Below, piece by piece: positions 1-10,249 of a stretch of DNA of 63,758 nt (within the stretch, counting starts at the first letter, position 1; the number at the start of each line of letters is the position of its first letter). The stretch is from an uncultured Thermodesulfobacteriota bacterium (GTDB lineage: Bacteria > Desulfobacterota > B13-G15), in NCBI GenBank assembly GCA_964448445.1, contig CAYVAU010000001.1, forward strand, positions 1 through 63,758, given 5' to 3'. The notes under the pieces were generated by a model. It had not been told where the DNA came from and did no database searches. It worked only from the letters and a program-made list of their open reading frames with translations. The translations under genes and the position numbers were made by a program.

Positions 1-986
1 GCCCCACACTCAGGGCAACGACCCCCTCGGATCCCGTTTTCCAGGACCCGGAACCCCCATCGTTTGATCAGCATGTGCCCGCAATTCCAGCAGTAGGTGT
101 TCTCCCCCTCCTCTCCAGGGACGTTTCCGCAGTACACATATCTTAGACCCTCCTCGAGGCCGATCTCCCTTGCGCGTTTCAGGGTCGAGAGGGGGGTAGG
201 GGGGAGGTGCAAAAGCCGGTAATCGGGATGGAAGGCGGTCACATGCCAAGGGATCTCGGGGCCAATGGAGCGTATGAAGCGGGCTATCTGCCTCAGTTCC
301 TGCTCGGAGTCGTTCAGGGTCGGGATCAGTAGCGTCGTGACCTCGACCCATATCCCCAGTTCCCTCATCCGCCTTATGTTATCCAGGACCGGCTGAAGCC
401 TGGCCCCGCATACCTCCCGGTAAAACTCCTCGTTCATGGCCTTAAGGTCGACATTGGCCCCGTCAAGATAAGGGGATATCATCTGCAGGGCCTCGGGGCT
501 CATGTAGCCATTGGTGACAAAGAGATTCTTAAGCCCCCTTTCCCTTGCCAATCGGGAGGTCTCCAAGGCATATTCGAAAAAGACGGTGGGCTCGGTGTAG
601 GTGTAAGAGATGCTTCTGCACCCCGTCCTTAGGGCCTCATCGACGATCCTTTCGGGAGGGACCTTCTCGCCGTAAATTTCCCCGCGATCCTTTGGGACCT
701 GGGAGATGGTGTAATTCTGGCAGTGCAGGCACCGAAAGTTGCAGCCCACCGTTGCTATGGAGAAGGAGAGAGTTCCCGGAAGGAAGTGGAAGAAGGGCTT
801 TTTCTCTATGGGATCGATGTTGGCCGAAACGAGCCTTCCGTAAACGAGGCTGTAAAGGGTGCCTCCCCTGTTTTCCCTCACCTGGCATATCCCCCGCTTT
901 CCCTCCGGGATCACGCAGCGGTGATGGCAGAGGTTACAGCGGACCCTTTCCCCTTCGAGTTTCTCGTAAAGCAGGGCCTCCCTCAT
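1..986 (-). CDS. AmmeMemoRadiSam-type radical SAM enzyme (PflA-like activase fold); 3' end runs off the window
   Basis: Absent from the supplied ORF track because it has no stop inside the window. My translation of the minus strand from ATG at 986 gives [36 protein letters not shown]...[16 protein letters not shown]...[19 protein letters not shown] (CX3CX2C)...ENTYCWNCG...GRCPECG. Clear paralogue of 31568..32680. Confidence 0.85.
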   Translation of the reverse strand, partial: MREALLYEKLEGERVRCNLCHHRCVIPEGKRGICQVRENRGGTLYSLVYGRLVSANIDPIEKKPFFHFLPGTLSFSIATVGCNFRCLHCQNYTISQVPKDRGEIYGEKVPPERIVDEALRTGCRSISYTYTEPTVFFEYALETSRLARERGLKNLFVTNGYMSPEALQMISPYLDGANVDLKAMNEEFYREVCGARLQPVLDNIRRMRELGIWVEVTTLLIPTLNDSEQELRQIARFIRSIGPEIPWHVTAFHPDYRLLHLPPTPLSTLKRAREIGLEEGLRYVYCGNVPGEEGENTYCWNCGHMLIKRWGFRVLENGIRGGRCPECG

Positions 987-1030
987 CCTGGATGAACTTA
1001 TCACACGCTTTGGTCCTTTTCCAGCGCGCT

Positions 1031-1058
1031 TTACCGCCTCTGGGCTTCAGGATAAAAT
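1031..1058 (+). promoter_or_regulatory. candidate promoter upstream of the EF-G paralogue
   Basis: TTACCG, a 16-nt spacer, then TAAAAT (1053-1058), ending 7 nt before ATG at 1066. No Shine-Dalgarno sequence lies in between. Confidence 0.3.
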
Positions 1059-1065
1059 CCTCCAG

Positions 1066-3093
1066 ATGGCGGGGGAGAAGCGCTTAAGGAAAACCCGCAA
1101 CATCGGCTTTATGGCCCATATCGATGCGGGGAAGACCACCGTTACTGAGCGCATCCTCTATTACACCGGAAAGACCCACCGAATGGGGGAGGTGGATGAG
1201 GGTACCGCCACCATGGACTGGATGCCCCAGGAACAGGAAAGGGGCATCACCATAACCTCTGCCGTAACGACCTGTTATTGGCGCGATCACATCATCCAGA
1301 TCATCGATACCCCCGGCCATGTGGACTTCACCATCGAGGTGGAGAGGGCCCTGAGGGTCCTGGACGGGGCCATCATCATCTTCAGCGCGGTGGAGGGTGT
1401 CGAGCCCCAATCGGAGACCGTTTGGTATCAGGCCTCAAGATATAGGGTCCCGAGGATCGCCTTCGTCAATAAGATGGACAGGGTTGGGGCGGATTTCTTC
1501 GGGACCCTGAAGCAGATGGAGGAGAAGCTCGGTGCGAATCCCCTGCCCCTTCAGATCCCTTGGGGCAAGGAATCCGACTTCCGGGGGGTCATCGACCTGT
1601 TGAGGATGAAGGGGATCCTTTGGGAGGACGAGCTTGGGGCCAGGTTCGTGGAGGTCGACATCCCGGAGGAGCTCCTCCAGGAGGCGGAAGCCTATAGAGA
1701 AAGGCTCCTGGAGAAGGTGGCCGAAACCGATGAAGGACTCTTGGAGAAATACTTGGACGGTCAACCTATATCCGAAAGGGAACTCAAAGAGGCCATAAGG
1801 CGGGCGACGATAGACCTCAAACTGCAACCGGTTTTGTGTGGTGCAGCCTTGAGGAACAGGGGCATACAGCCCCTGCTTGATGCCATCGTCGATTACCTCC
1901 CCTCGCCTTTGGACATCCCCCCTGTGCGCGGCATAAACCCCCTGAGCGGTCAAGAGGAGGAGAGACCCCCTGATGAGGATGCCCCTCTATGTGCCCTTGC
2001 CTTCAAGATCATGATGGATCAGGGTAGGAAGCTCACCTATGTGAGGATTTATTCGGGCGTCCTTGAGGCGGGAAAGGAGGTTTACAACGCCTCGGTGGGC
2101 AGGAAGGAGAGGGTGGCCAGGATATTTGAGATGCACGCCAATTACAAAAGGCGCCTAGATCGCGCCAGGGCGGGGGAGATAGTGGGCCTTTCGGGGCTCA
2201 AGGAGACCCTCACGGGTCATACCCTCTGCGATCAGGCTCATCCCATCCTCCTTGAGCCCATCCAGAGCTACGAGCCGGTGATATCTGTGGCCGTGGAACC
2301 CAAATCGAGCCAGGACCAGGACAAGCTCGGACAAGCCCTGGAGAAGATCTCCGAAGAGGACCCGACCTTCAAGGTCAAGTACGATGACGAGACCGGACAG
2401 ACCATCATCTCCGGCATGGGGGAGCTGCACCTGGATGTGATCATCCGGAGGCTAAAGGATGAATATGGTCTTCAGGTGAACGTCGGAAAACCCCAAGTCG
2501 TTTACCGCGAGACGATAACCCAGGGGGCAGAAGTGAAGGTGGAGTTCTCCAGGGTGATCGAAGGGGTCAGGCGCTTCGCCGAGGTGGAGCTTGAGCTTCT
2601 GCCCAATGAAAGGGGCAAGGGCGTAGAGTTCATACCCCTGCTCCCCGAAGACTTCCCCCAGGAGGCCCTTGAGGCGATAAGGGAAGGGGTAAGGGATGCA
2701 ACCTCCATAGGGGTGATGGGCTATCCCCTGACCGATGTGAAGGTGATCCTCAAAGGGGTTCGTTTTACCCAAGACGAATGGGCCCCTTTGGTCCTCAAGG
2801 CAGCGGTCTCTCAGGCCATCCAGGAGGCCTCCAACAGGGGAGGTCCGCAGCTCCTTGAGCCCATCATGGAGCTCAACGTGGTCGTCCCCGCCGAGTTCAT
2901 GGGGGAGGTGATCGGGGACTTGCAGTCCAGAAGGGGACACATCGAGGAGATCTCCACCCGGGCCCAGATGGCCCTAATAAGGGCCTTCGTCCCCCTTACG
3001 AGGCTCTTCGGCTACTCAACGGACCTGAGATCCTTGAGCCAGGGGCGTGGAAGTTTCTCCATGAGGTTTCTGCGCTATGACAGCGTCCAGTAG
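1066..3093 (+). CDS. fusA: elongation factor G paralogue (675 aa, EF-G2-like size)
   Basis: N-terminal GTPase motifs [21 protein letters not shown], followed by EF-G domains II-V. Not embedded in an rpsL-rpsG-fusA-tuf context. Confidence 0.9.
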   Translation: MAGEKRLRKTRNIGFMAHIDAGKTTVTERILYYTGKTHRMGEVDEGTATMDWMPQEQERGITITSAVTTCYWRDHIIQIIDTPGHVDFTIEVERALRVLDGAIIIFSAVEGVEPQSETVWYQASRYRVPRIAFVNKMDRVGADFFGTLKQMEEKLGANPLPLQIPWGKESDFRGVIDLLRMKGILWEDELGARFVEVDIPEELLQEAEAYRERLLEKVAETDEGLLEKYLDGQPISERELKEAIRRATIDLKLQPVLCGAALRNRGIQPLLDAIVDYLPSPLDIPPVRGINPLSGQEEERPPDEDAPLCALAFKIMMDQGRKLTYVRIYSGVLEAGKEVYNASVGRKERVARIFEMHANYKRRLDRARAGEIVGLSGLKETLTGHTLCDQAHPILLEPIQSYEPVISVAVEPKSSQDQDKLGQALEKISEEDPTFKVKYDDETGQTIISGMGELHLDVIIRRLKDEYGLQVNVGKPQVVYRETITQGAEVKVEFSRVIEGVRRFAEVELELLPNERGKGVEFIPLLPEDFPQEALEAIREGVRDATSIGVMGYPLTDVKVILKGVRFTQDEWAPLVLKAAVSQAIQEASNRGGPQLLEPIMELNVVVPAEFMGEVIGDLQSRRGHIEEISTRAQMALIRAFVPLTRLFGYSTDLRSLSQGRGSFSMRFLRYDSVQ

Positions 3094-4060
3094 GACCCTG
3101 CAAGAGATCCTTTCCGTCCTCAAGGGGGCGGGGGGATATGTATCCGGGCAGCAGTTGGGCAAAAGGCTTGGGGTCAGCAGGGCGGCGGTCTGGAAGCTCA
3201 TAGAGGAACTCAGAAGGAGGGGCTATCGGATAGAGGCGAGGGCCAAGAAGGGGTATCTCCTGCGGTCCTTCCCCGAGGCTCTCGATTCTTTGGCGATTAA
3301 AGAATCCCTCCGGGCGGAGATCCTGGGCAGGAGGATCCACATCGCCAGGGAAGTCGATTCCACCAACAGTTGGGCCTTCCGTGAGGCCATGAGGGGTGCA
3401 ACCGAGGGGGAGGTGTTTTTGGCCGAAGCTCAAAGGTCGGGTCGCGGGAGGATGGGCAGGGGATGGTTCTCTCCCCCGGGCAAAAACATCTATCTGTCCG
3501 TAATCCTCAAGCCTAAACTCCCCCCGGGGAGGGTGCCGCTTCTTGGGCTTTGTGCCGCAGTAGCCGTAGCAGAGACCCTTCAAGGATTGGGCCTTCGACC
3601 CGAGATAAAATGGCCCAACGATGTGCTCCTGGACCGGAGGAAGGTCTCGGGGATCTTGGCCGAGGCACGCACCGAGGCCGACAGGGTCATATTCGTCATA
3701 CTGGGAATAGGCCTCAACGTGAACATGGCCGAGGAGGACCTTCCCGAAGATCTGAGGGGAATCGCCACCTCGGTGGCGATCCATCTGCAGAGGAGATTTC
3801 CCCGTAATGTCCTTGTGGGAGAGCTCTTGGGGAGGCTTGAGTCCCTTTACCTCAAACTCAAGGAGGGAAGGATCACCGAGGTCCTCTCCCGGTGGGAAGG
3901 TTACTCCCCCATCAAGGGCAGGGAGGTTGCGATCGAGGTCTTCGGGGATGAGATAAGGGGCATTGTGCAGGGGATCGATGAGGATGGAGCGCTTATGCTC
4001 TTGACACCCCAAGGCCCCAAAAGGGTTGTGGCAGGGGACCTAAAGGTCAAAGGGTGGTGA
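3077..4060 (+). CDS. birA: bifunctional biotin-[acetyl-CoA-carboxylase] ligase / biotin operon repressor
   Basis: N-terminal wHTH ([27 protein letters not shown]), the biotin ligase motif [20 protein letters not shown], and KWPNDV. Overlaps the EF-G 3' end by 17 nt. Confidence 0.9.
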   Translation: MTASSRTLQEILSVLKGAGGYVSGQQLGKRLGVSRAAVWKLIEELRRRGYRIEARAKKGYLLRSFPEALDSLAIKESLRAEILGRRIHIAREVDSTNSWAFREAMRGATEGEVFLAEAQRSGRGRMGRGWFSPPGKNIYLSVILKPKLPPGRVPLLGLCAAVAVAETLQGLGLRPEIKWPNDVLLDRRKVSGILAEARTEADRVIFVILGIGLNVNMAEEDLPEDLRGIATSVAIHLQRRFPRNVLVGELLGRLESLYLKLKEGRITEVLSRWEGYSPIKGREVAIEVFGDEIRGIVQGIDEDGALMLLTPQGPKRVVAGDLKVKGW

Positions 4061-4830
4061 AGCTCCTTGTCGTCGACATAGGGAACACCAACACCGTCCT
4101 CGGGGTTTTCGAGGGGGAGGAGCTCCTCTCCCATTGGAGGATCACCACCGCGGTGGAACGGACGGTGGACGAGGTATCGGTGCTCCTTAAGGAGTTGCTG
4201 TTGCTCGAGGGGATGGGGACCGAGGATATCAAAGGGGTTTCCATATCGAGTGTGGTCCCGCCCCTCACCCCCGTTTTCGAACAGGTCTCAAGGAAACTCT
4301 TCGGCGTCAGGCCCCTGGTGGTGGGTCCGGGGATCAAGACGGGGATGCCCATCCTTTATGAAAATCCCGTGGAGGTCGGGGCGGATAGAATCGTCAATGC
4401 CGTGGCCGCCTATGAGCAGTACCGGAGGGAGCTGATCGTCGTTGACTTCGGTACGGCCACGACCTTCGACTACGTGACCCATAAGGGAGAGTATTTGGGG
4501 GGAGCCATCGCCCCGGGGATCTCCATCTCCCTGGAGGCCCTTTTCCTCAGGACCTCCAAGCTCCCCCGGGTGGAGTTCTCGCGCCCCAAAGGAATCATAG
4601 GCAGAAACACAGTGTGGAGCATCCAGGCAGGGGTCTTTTACGGATATGTGGGCCTTGTGGAAGCCATCGTCAGGAGGATGGCCCAGGAACGCCAAAGCCA
4701 GCCCTTCGTGGTGGCCACAGGGGGAATCGCCCCCCTTATAGCCAAGGAGACCAGGGTGATAGACGAAGTGGACGAGTTCCTCACCCTTAAGGGATTGAGG
4801 ATCCTTTACGAGAGGAATCTAAGGCGCTAG
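4054..4830 (+). CDS. coaX: type III pantothenate kinase
   Basis: GTG start. [18 protein letters not shown] and the ASKHA fold motifs [11 protein letters not shown] and GGIA. Conserved birA-coaX adjacency. Confidence 0.9.
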   Translation: MVKLLVVDIGNTNTVLGVFEGEELLSHWRITTAVERTVDEVSVLLKELLLLEGMGTEDIKGVSISSVVPPLTPVFEQVSRKLFGVRPLVVGPGIKTGMPILYENPVEVGADRIVNAVAAYEQYRRELIVVDFGTATTFDYVTHKGEYLGGAIAPGISISLEALFLRTSKLPRVEFSRPKGIIGRNTVWSIQAGVFYGYVGLVEAIVRRMAQERQSQPFVVATGGIAPLIAKETRVIDEVDEFLTLKGLRILYERNLRR

Positions 4831-4831
4831 C

Positions 4832-5032
4832 CTATATCCTCCCGCTCCAGGCCTCGATGAACCTCTTGAGCGACCGATCGTAAGTCCTCTCCACTTCCGG
4901 AGGGAAGAGGCAACCGGGCAGTTCCCCTCGAGACCAATGATAGGCCAGACATTCGCAGCATTTTCCTTTCTTTGAACAGGGTTCATAAGTACAGCTGCAC
5001 CTCTTCAGGTTTTCTTCGACCCTACACTCCAT
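4832..5032 (-). CDS. small cysteine-rich protein (DUF6485-like), 66 aa
   Basis: Eight Cys in [21 protein letters not shown]...PGC. Resembles a conserved small Cys-rich family as I recall it. Overlaps the upstream ABC ATPase gene by 11 nt. Confidence 0.6.
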   Translation of the reverse strand: MECRVEENLKRCSCTYEPCSKKGKCCECLAYHWSRGELPGCLFPPEVERTYDRSLKRFIEAWSGRI

Positions 5033-6080
5033 CTTCCACCTCCAAGGTCCTGATCCAGCGGAGGGGTATTATAAGGTGGACATCCTGGCCCACCTCAAGG
5101 CCCATCTCCCTCAAGGTTCCCTCCTCCATCTCCACCCCTATGACGCATCCCTCCACCTGCACCTGGACCTTTACCACAGGAGGATCCGGGAGGAGGTCGA
5201 CTATCTTGCCCCGGAAGCGATTGACCTTCGGTCCCGGAGGTGCCTCGCGGGAAATGTAGACGTTTGAGGGGGAGAAGGCGACCTTCAGGATCCTCCTTCC
5301 CGAAGAGGGGACGAAGAGGCGGATGGAGCCGGTATCGACCAAGGCGAGGCCCGAGTCGAGTTCCTTCTGACTCAAGCAATCTAGCACATTGGGATAACCG
5401 AAGTAACGGGAGACCGCCTCGTTCTTCGGGAAGAAGAGGAGTTCCTGGGGAGGACCCACCTGTTGGATTCTGCCGTGGTCCATCACTGCGATCCTGTCCC
5501 CCATCTCGAAGGCCTCGGCCTGATTGTGAGTGACAAAGAGGGTTGTGATCCGCGTCTGTCTCTGGACCCTTTTGAATTCCAGACGGAGGATCTTCGCAGT
5601 CCTCAAGTCGAGTTTGCTGAAGGGCTCATCCAGCAACAACACACTGGGCATCGAGGCCAGGGCCCTGGCGAGGGCAACCCGCTGGGCCTCCCCGCCGCTC
5701 AACTGTCGGGGATATCGGTGCGAAAGGTGTTGAATCCGCAAAAGCTCCAGGATCTCCGAGACCCTCTCCTGCAGTTCCTTCCCCTTGACCCTTTTCGTCT
5801 TGAGCCCAAAGGCCACGTTCTCCCAGACGGTCATATGGGGGAAGAGGGCGAGGTCCTGAAAGACATAACCCACCGCCCGCCTTTCCGGAGGGAGGTGATC
5901 CACGGGCCTGCCGCCCAAAAGGACCCTTCCTTTGTAAGGTATGAGCCCTGCAATGCAGTTGAGCAGCGTCGTCTTTCCCGCTCCAGTGGGGCCGAGAAGT
6001 ACCAGCATTTCCCCTTCCCGGATCTCAAGGTTTATCCCCTGAAAGGCAAAGGTCTCTATCCCCTCAAGCTTCACCTCCAA
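5022..6080 (-). CDS. ABC transporter ATP-binding protein, molybdate/tungstate/sulfate (WtpC/ModC-like) type with a C-terminal TOBE-like domain
   Basis: Walker [10 protein letters not shown], signature LSGGEAQRV, Walker B LLLDEPFS, and a C-terminal beta-rich regulatory domain. TTG start at 6080 preceded by GAGGGAAGG. No permease or binding-protein gene nearby. Confidence 0.8.
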   Translation of the reverse strand: MEVKLEGIETFAFQGINLEIREGEMLVLLGPTGAGKTTLLNCIAGLIPYKGRVLLGGRPVDHLPPERRAVGYVFQDLALFPHMTVWENVAFGLKTKRVKGKELQERVSEILELLRIQHLSHRYPRQLSGGEAQRVALARALASMPSVLLLDEPFSKLDLRTAKILRLEFKRVQRQTRITTLFVTHNQAEAFEMGDRIAVMDHGRIQQVGPPQELLFFPKNEAVSRYFGYPNVLDCLSQKELDSGLALVDTGSIRLFVPSSGRRILKVAFSPSNVYISREAPPGPKVNRFRGKIVDLLPDPPVVKVQVQVEGCVIGVEMEEGTLREMGLEVGQDVHLIIPLRWIRTLEVEDGV

Positions 6081-6195
6081 CGGTTACACCTTCCCTCACA
6101 CAGGCAATCCTCACCTTCGTGGGACTTCTTATACCCTTTCCCCTTGTGGAAAGGCAAGGTAAAATGGGCTAAAAAATTCACCAGGAGGATTCAGG

Positions 6196-6852
6196 ATGGA
6201 GGTCAAATGGTATGGACATGCCGCCTTTTTGATCAAAGGGGGAGATTTGCGGATCATCACCGATCCTTATAAATCAGGGGCTTACGGCGGTGGGATCTCC
6301 TATGGTCCCATAAAGGACTCGGCGGATGTGGTCACGGTGAGCCACGATCATGATGATCACAATGCAGTGGGCGACCTGCCTGGCTCCCCACAGGTGGTGA
6401 AGGGTCCTGGGACCCATCGAGTGAAGGGGGTGACCTTTAGGGGGATCGCCACCTTCCATGACTCCAGCCGGGGTTCTCAAAGGGGACCGAACACGGTCTT
6501 CTGTTTCGAGGTGGAGGGGATAAAGGTCTGTCACCTCGGTGATTTGGGGCATGTCCTTGAGCCCGATCAGGTGAAGGAGATAGGGGAGGTCGACCTTTTG
6601 CTCCTTCCAGTAGGCGGTTACTTCACCATCGATGCGCAGCAGGCCACCCAAATCGTGCAACAGCTCAGGCCCAAGAAGGTCATACCCATGCATTACAAGA
6701 CCCCCAAATGCAACTTCCCCATCTCCGGGGTCGATGAGTTCCTGAGGGGAAAGGAGAGGGTGAGGAGGGTTGGTTCAAGTAGCATCAGCTTCGGCCCCGA
6801 GGACTTTGGGGGCAGCGGGACCGAGATCGTGGTCCTTGAGCCCGCCCTTTGA
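6196..6852 (+). CDS. MBL-fold metal-dependent hydrolase (UPF0173-like)
   Basis: MEVKWYGHAAFLI...VTVSHDHDDHN. AGGAGG ribosome-binding site upstream of the ATG. Confidence 0.8.
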   Translation: MEVKWYGHAAFLIKGGDLRIITDPYKSGAYGGGISYGPIKDSADVVTVSHDHDDHNAVGDLPGSPQVVKGPGTHRVKGVTFRGIATFHDSSRGSQRGPNTVFCFEVEGIKVCHLGDLGHVLEPDQVKEIGEVDLLLLPVGGYFTIDAQQATQIVQQLRPKKVIPMHYKTPKCNFPISGVDEFLRGKERVRRVGSSSISFGPEDFGGSGTEIVVLEPAL

Positions 6853-7382
6853 GGATGCCGGAGAGACTGAGGCTCCTCTTCTCCCGGGACCAGATCGAGG
6901 AGGCTGTGAGGAGGTTGGGGGCGGAGATATCCTCCGACTACCGGGGGAGATGTCCCCTGCTGGTCGGGGTCCTCAAGGGGGCCTTCATGTTTCTGGCAGA
7001 TCTGCTGAGGCACCTCTCCATCCCCGTAGAAGTGGATTTCGTCAGGCTGTCAAGCTACGGCTGCCGGACGGAGACCTCGGGGGTAGTGAGGATGACCAAG
7101 GAATTGGAGAGCGATGTCCGGGGAAGGGACGTCATAGTAGTGGAAGATATCGTGGATACCGGGTTGAGCCTCAAGTTCCTCTTGGAGGAGCTTGAGGCTC
7201 AGGGTCCTTCCAGCCTCAGGGTCTGCGCCCTGGTGGACAAAAAGGCCCGGCGCGAGGTCGAGATCCAAGTGGACTATGTGGGATTTGAGATAGAGGAGGG
7301 ATTTATAGTCGGCTATGGAATAGATTATGCCGAACGTTACAGGGAACTTCCCGAAATATATGTCTTGGAAGAGGGGGCTTAA
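6849..7382 (+). CDS. hpt: hypoxanthine phosphoribosyltransferase
   Basis: PRPP-binding motif VIVVEDIVDTGLS and the C-terminal GYGIDYAERYRELPEI. The track start at 6849 is TTG; ATG at 6855 is an alternative. Confidence 0.9.
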   Translation: MRMPERLRLLFSRDQIEEAVRRLGAEISSDYRGRCPLLVGVLKGAFMFLADLLRHLSIPVEVDFVRLSSYGCRTETSGVVRMTKELESDVRGRDVIVVEDIVDTGLSLKFLLEELEAQGPSSLRVCALVDKKARREVEIQVDYVGFEIEEGFIVGYGIDYAERYRELPEIYVLEEGA

Positions 7383-9009
7383 AGGGGGCTTTGTCCTCCT
7401 GCTTTTGGCGATCCTCTGTTGCGCTCCACCCAGAAGGCCAGTGGAGGTCCCGCGGCCCAAGGAAGAGCTGAGGCAGCAGCTCTCCCAATACCTTGAGGCC
7501 TATCGGGAGGGGAGGTTAAGGGAGGCCATTGAGGGGCTTGAGTCCCTGAGGCTCAAAAGGCCCGAGATTCCTCAGATGGAGGAGGGCCTTTATGTCCTCG
7601 CCTTGGCCCATTTCAAGCTCGGGCACTTCCGTGAAGCCGCCCAAAGGCTTGAGGAATTCCTCCAGCGCTACCCCCGATCCGTCCACTGCAGGGATGCCCT
7701 CCTTTATCTTGTGAGATCCCTAAGGGAGATGGGGAGGACCGAGGAGGCCCTTGAGCTTTCCAAGGGGCTTCTGCGCGAGGGCCTTCCCTTCGAGCAGAAG
7801 CTCGAGATCCTGTGGTTCCTTTCGCGGCAACTGCGGCAGAGGGATCCCCTGCAGGCCCTCCATTTTTACGATGCCCTGCTGCAGAGCGGTCAACCCGGGG
7901 CCAGGAGTGAGGCCCTCGGGCTCATAGCCGCCCTTGGGCCGGAGGAACTAGAAGAGGTTATGAGGCAGTGGAGGGGGAAGGACTTTGGGATCTACGCAAG
8001 CCTCGTCCTTGCCCGCGAGCAGATCCGCCGGGGCAACCTAAAGGAGGCAGAAGGGATCCTTCAAGAGGTACAGGAGGAGGCCGAGGGAAGGGGATTCGGG
8101 CAGTTGCTGGAGAGGGTGTGGCTTGAACTTGTGGAACGAAAAGGAAAGGAAGTGAAGGTGGGCCTCCTTTTGCCCCTTTCGGGCAGATATGCCCCAAAGG
8201 GCCGTTCGGTAATGAAGGGAGCCTTCTTGGCCGCTGGCATCTTTGGGCCAAGGCGCATGACCAAGGTCAGATTTCTCATAAGGGATACCGGGGGCACCGC
8301 CCAAAGAGTCCTTGAGGGGCTCGGGGATATGGAGGAGGTGGATGCGGTTATAGGTCCCCTCTCCCCGGAGGGAGCGAAGGTGGTGGGAACAAGAAAGGAC
8401 AAGCTCAAGGTCCTTTCGGGAAGGAAGGAGGTCGAAAGGGAGATCGAGGCCCTGCTGGAGGAGGCCGGGCGTGAGGGCATAGGCGAAATTGGCATCCTTT
8501 ATCCCTCGACCGCCGAGGGACGGGCAATGGCCCTGATGGTCCAGGAGTTGGCGAAGGAGCAAGGCCTTGAGGTTCCCCTCCTCAGGGCTTATAGGAAGGG
8601 GACGGTGGACTTTGGCCCGGTCCTTTCCGATCTTAAGGAATCGGAATCCCTTCCCGAGGCCCTCCTAGTTACAGAAGATGAGGAGGTCCTCTGCCTTGTG
8701 GCCTCACAACTTGCCTACCTGGACCTCGAGGTTGGCCTTCTGGGGTTAAGGGTTTCGGATCCCGAAAGGCTCCTTTCCCTGTGCGGGAGATACTTGCATG
8801 GGGCACTGATAAGTTGTCCCTTCTTCAGGAACAGCCAAAGGACGGAGGTAAGGGCCTTTGTGCGCGATTTCAGGGAAGTTTACCGATGCGATCCGGACCC
8901 CTTTGCCTTCATGGGTTTTAAGGCGATGCTTTCCATCCTCGAAGGCGAAACCTTCCCTTCCCCTTTCCTCCTCAAGGTGGTAAATGGGAGGCTCCGGGAG
9001 ATCCCTTGA
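7327..9009 (+). CDS. exported TPR plus type-1 periplasmic-binding-fold protein (LpoA/LppC-like, possible lipoprotein)
   Basis: Signal-like MSWKRGLKGGFVLLLLAILCCAPP (probable start ATG 7360), TPR-like helical repeats, then VKVGLLLPLSGRYAPKGRSVMKGAFLAAG, typical of the LivJ/LpoA fold. Confidence 0.6.
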   Translation: MPNVTGNFPKYMSWKRGLKGGFVLLLLAILCCAPPRRPVEVPRPKEELRQQLSQYLEAYREGRLREAIEGLESLRLKRPEIPQMEEGLYVLALAHFKLGHFREAAQRLEEFLQRYPRSVHCRDALLYLVRSLREMGRTEEALELSKGLLREGLPFEQKLEILWFLSRQLRQRDPLQALHFYDALLQSGQPGARSEALGLIAALGPEELEEVMRQWRGKDFGIYASLVLAREQIRRGNLKEAEGILQEVQEEAEGRGFGQLLERVWLELVERKGKEVKVGLLLPLSGRYAPKGRSVMKGAFLAAGIFGPRRMTKVRFLIRDTGGTAQRVLEGLGDMEEVDAVIGPLSPEGAKVVGTRKDKLKVLSGRKEVEREIEALLEEAGREGIGEIGILYPSTAEGRAMALMVQELAKEQGLEVPLLRAYRKGTVDFGPVLSDLKESESLPEALLVTEDEEVLCLVASQLAYLDLEVGLLGLRVSDPERLLSLCGRYLHGALISCPFFRNSQRTEVRAFVRDFREVYRCDPDPFAFMGFKAMLSILEGETFPSPFLLKVVNGRLREIP

Positions 9010-9670
9010 CCTGTCCCCTTATAGGTCCCTTCAGGAGCAACTCGCCAAGGAGGTGAAGATAGAACCCCTCCTTGAGGAGCCCGACAGGGTAGGGGGTGCG
9101 GATGTGGGTTATGCAGGGGGGTTTGGGATAGCGGCCATCTGCGTGATGAGCTGGCCGGAACTCGAGCCCCTTGAAGACGAGGTCATCGTCGATAAGGTCA
9201 GTTTTCCTTACATCCCAGGCTTTTTGTCCTTCAGGGAGGTTCCCCTTCTCAAGGAGGCTTTTGGTTCCTTGCGGTGTGTTCCCGATATCCTCTTTGTCGA
9301 TGGCCAGGGCATCGCCCATCCGAGGGGACTGGGCCTTGCGAGCCACCTCGGGGTGGTCCTCGGGATAAGGACCATAGGCTGCGCCAAGAAGGTCCTGGTG
9401 GGTGAAGCCCGAGACCCGGGACCCCGAAGGGGGGCCTTTTCTCCCCTGTACTACAGGGGGAGGATCGTCGGGGCCCTTCTCAGGACCAAGGAGGGGGTCA
9501 AGCCGGTTTGCATCTCCCCGGGTCACGGCATTGACCTTGAGGGGAGCATAAGGATGGTGATGGGTGCCACCAAAGGTTTCAGGCTTCCGGAGCCGATCCG
9601 TCGTGCCCATCACCTGACCCGAATCGGGAGACTTCGGCTTTTGAAGGGAGGAGGGCCAAGCCGAGGCTGA
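8984..9670 (+). CDS. nfi: endonuclease V (deoxyinosine 3' endonuclease)
   Basis: GGADVGY...YIPGFLSFREVP...FVDGQGIAHPRGLGLASHLGV. 228 aa, the typical size. Confidence 0.9.
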   Translation: MGGSGRSLDLSPYRSLQEQLAKEVKIEPLLEEPDRVGGADVGYAGGFGIAAICVMSWPELEPLEDEVIVDKVSFPYIPGFLSFREVPLLKEAFGSLRCVPDILFVDGQGIAHPRGLGLASHLGVVLGIRTIGCAKKVLVGEARDPGPRRGAFSPLYYRGRIVGALLRTKEGVKPVCISPGHGIDLEGSIRMVMGATKGFRLPEPIRRAHHLTRIGRLRLLKGGGPSRG

Positions 9671-10205
9671 ACCCTATGAGGATAAAGAGGGAGGAGAGGA
9701 GAAAGGTCTTCCTGAATCCCAGACAATCCGAAAGCACCCCTCCTGTCACCGGTCCGATGATCCATCCCAGGTTCCAGGCCGTATTGTAAATCCCGAGGGC
9801 CGTTCCTCTCTTTTCCGGAGGCACAAGGTCGGCTATCAAGGCATTGGCTGAGGTTCCCAAGCCCCCCCATGCCGATCCCTCAAGCAACATGATAAAGAGC
9901 AGGTCCTTTGGGTTTCTTGCCAGGGCAAATCCCGCAAAGACCGCCGAGAACAGGGTCATGGAGGCCAAAAGCAGGGGTTTCCTTCCCCACTTGTCTCCGA
10001 GTTTCCCCAAGAGGGGGGAAGTTATGGCCCCCGCAAGGGCACCGAAGGTGTAGAGGAGTCCGATCTGGCTCTTGGTGGCACCGAGCTCGGCCATGTAGAG
10101 GGAAAGGACGGTGTAGACGATCCCCGAGCAGACCAAAAGGGGAAAAATGGCGATGCAGACCAGAAAGACACTCCTCATGTCCGCCTCCTTTTTGACAATG
10201 TCCAT
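9579..10205 (-). CDS. MFS transporter, N-terminal six-helix half only (truncated gene or half-size MFS)
   Basis: Six hydrophobic segments and MFS motif A GKLGDKWGRKPLL. The ORF stops after TM6, and the remaining space is occupied by nfi on the other strand. Confidence 0.65.
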   Translation of the reverse strand: MDIVKKEADMRSVFLVCIAIFPLLVCSGIVYTVLSLYMAELGATKSQIGLLYTFGALAGAITSPLLGKLGDKWGRKPLLLASMTLFSAVFAGFALARNPKDLLFIMLLEGSAWGGLGTSANALIADLVPPEKRGTALGIYNTAWNLGWIIGPVTGGVLSDCLGFRKTFLLSSLFILIGFSLGLALLPSKAEVSRFGSGDGHDGSAPEA

Positions 10206-10249
10206 CCCTTGGTTATAGTTGATGCAAAACCCCCTCAGGAGGTGTCGCC

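Noticed and set aside
10-1087. Track ORFs 10..351(-), 545..1087(+), 637..888(-) and 723..995(+) in the first kilobase.
   Set aside because: All are P/R/G/S-rich. The region is fully explained by the minus-strand radical SAM gene (1..986), which the track omits because it has no in-window stop.
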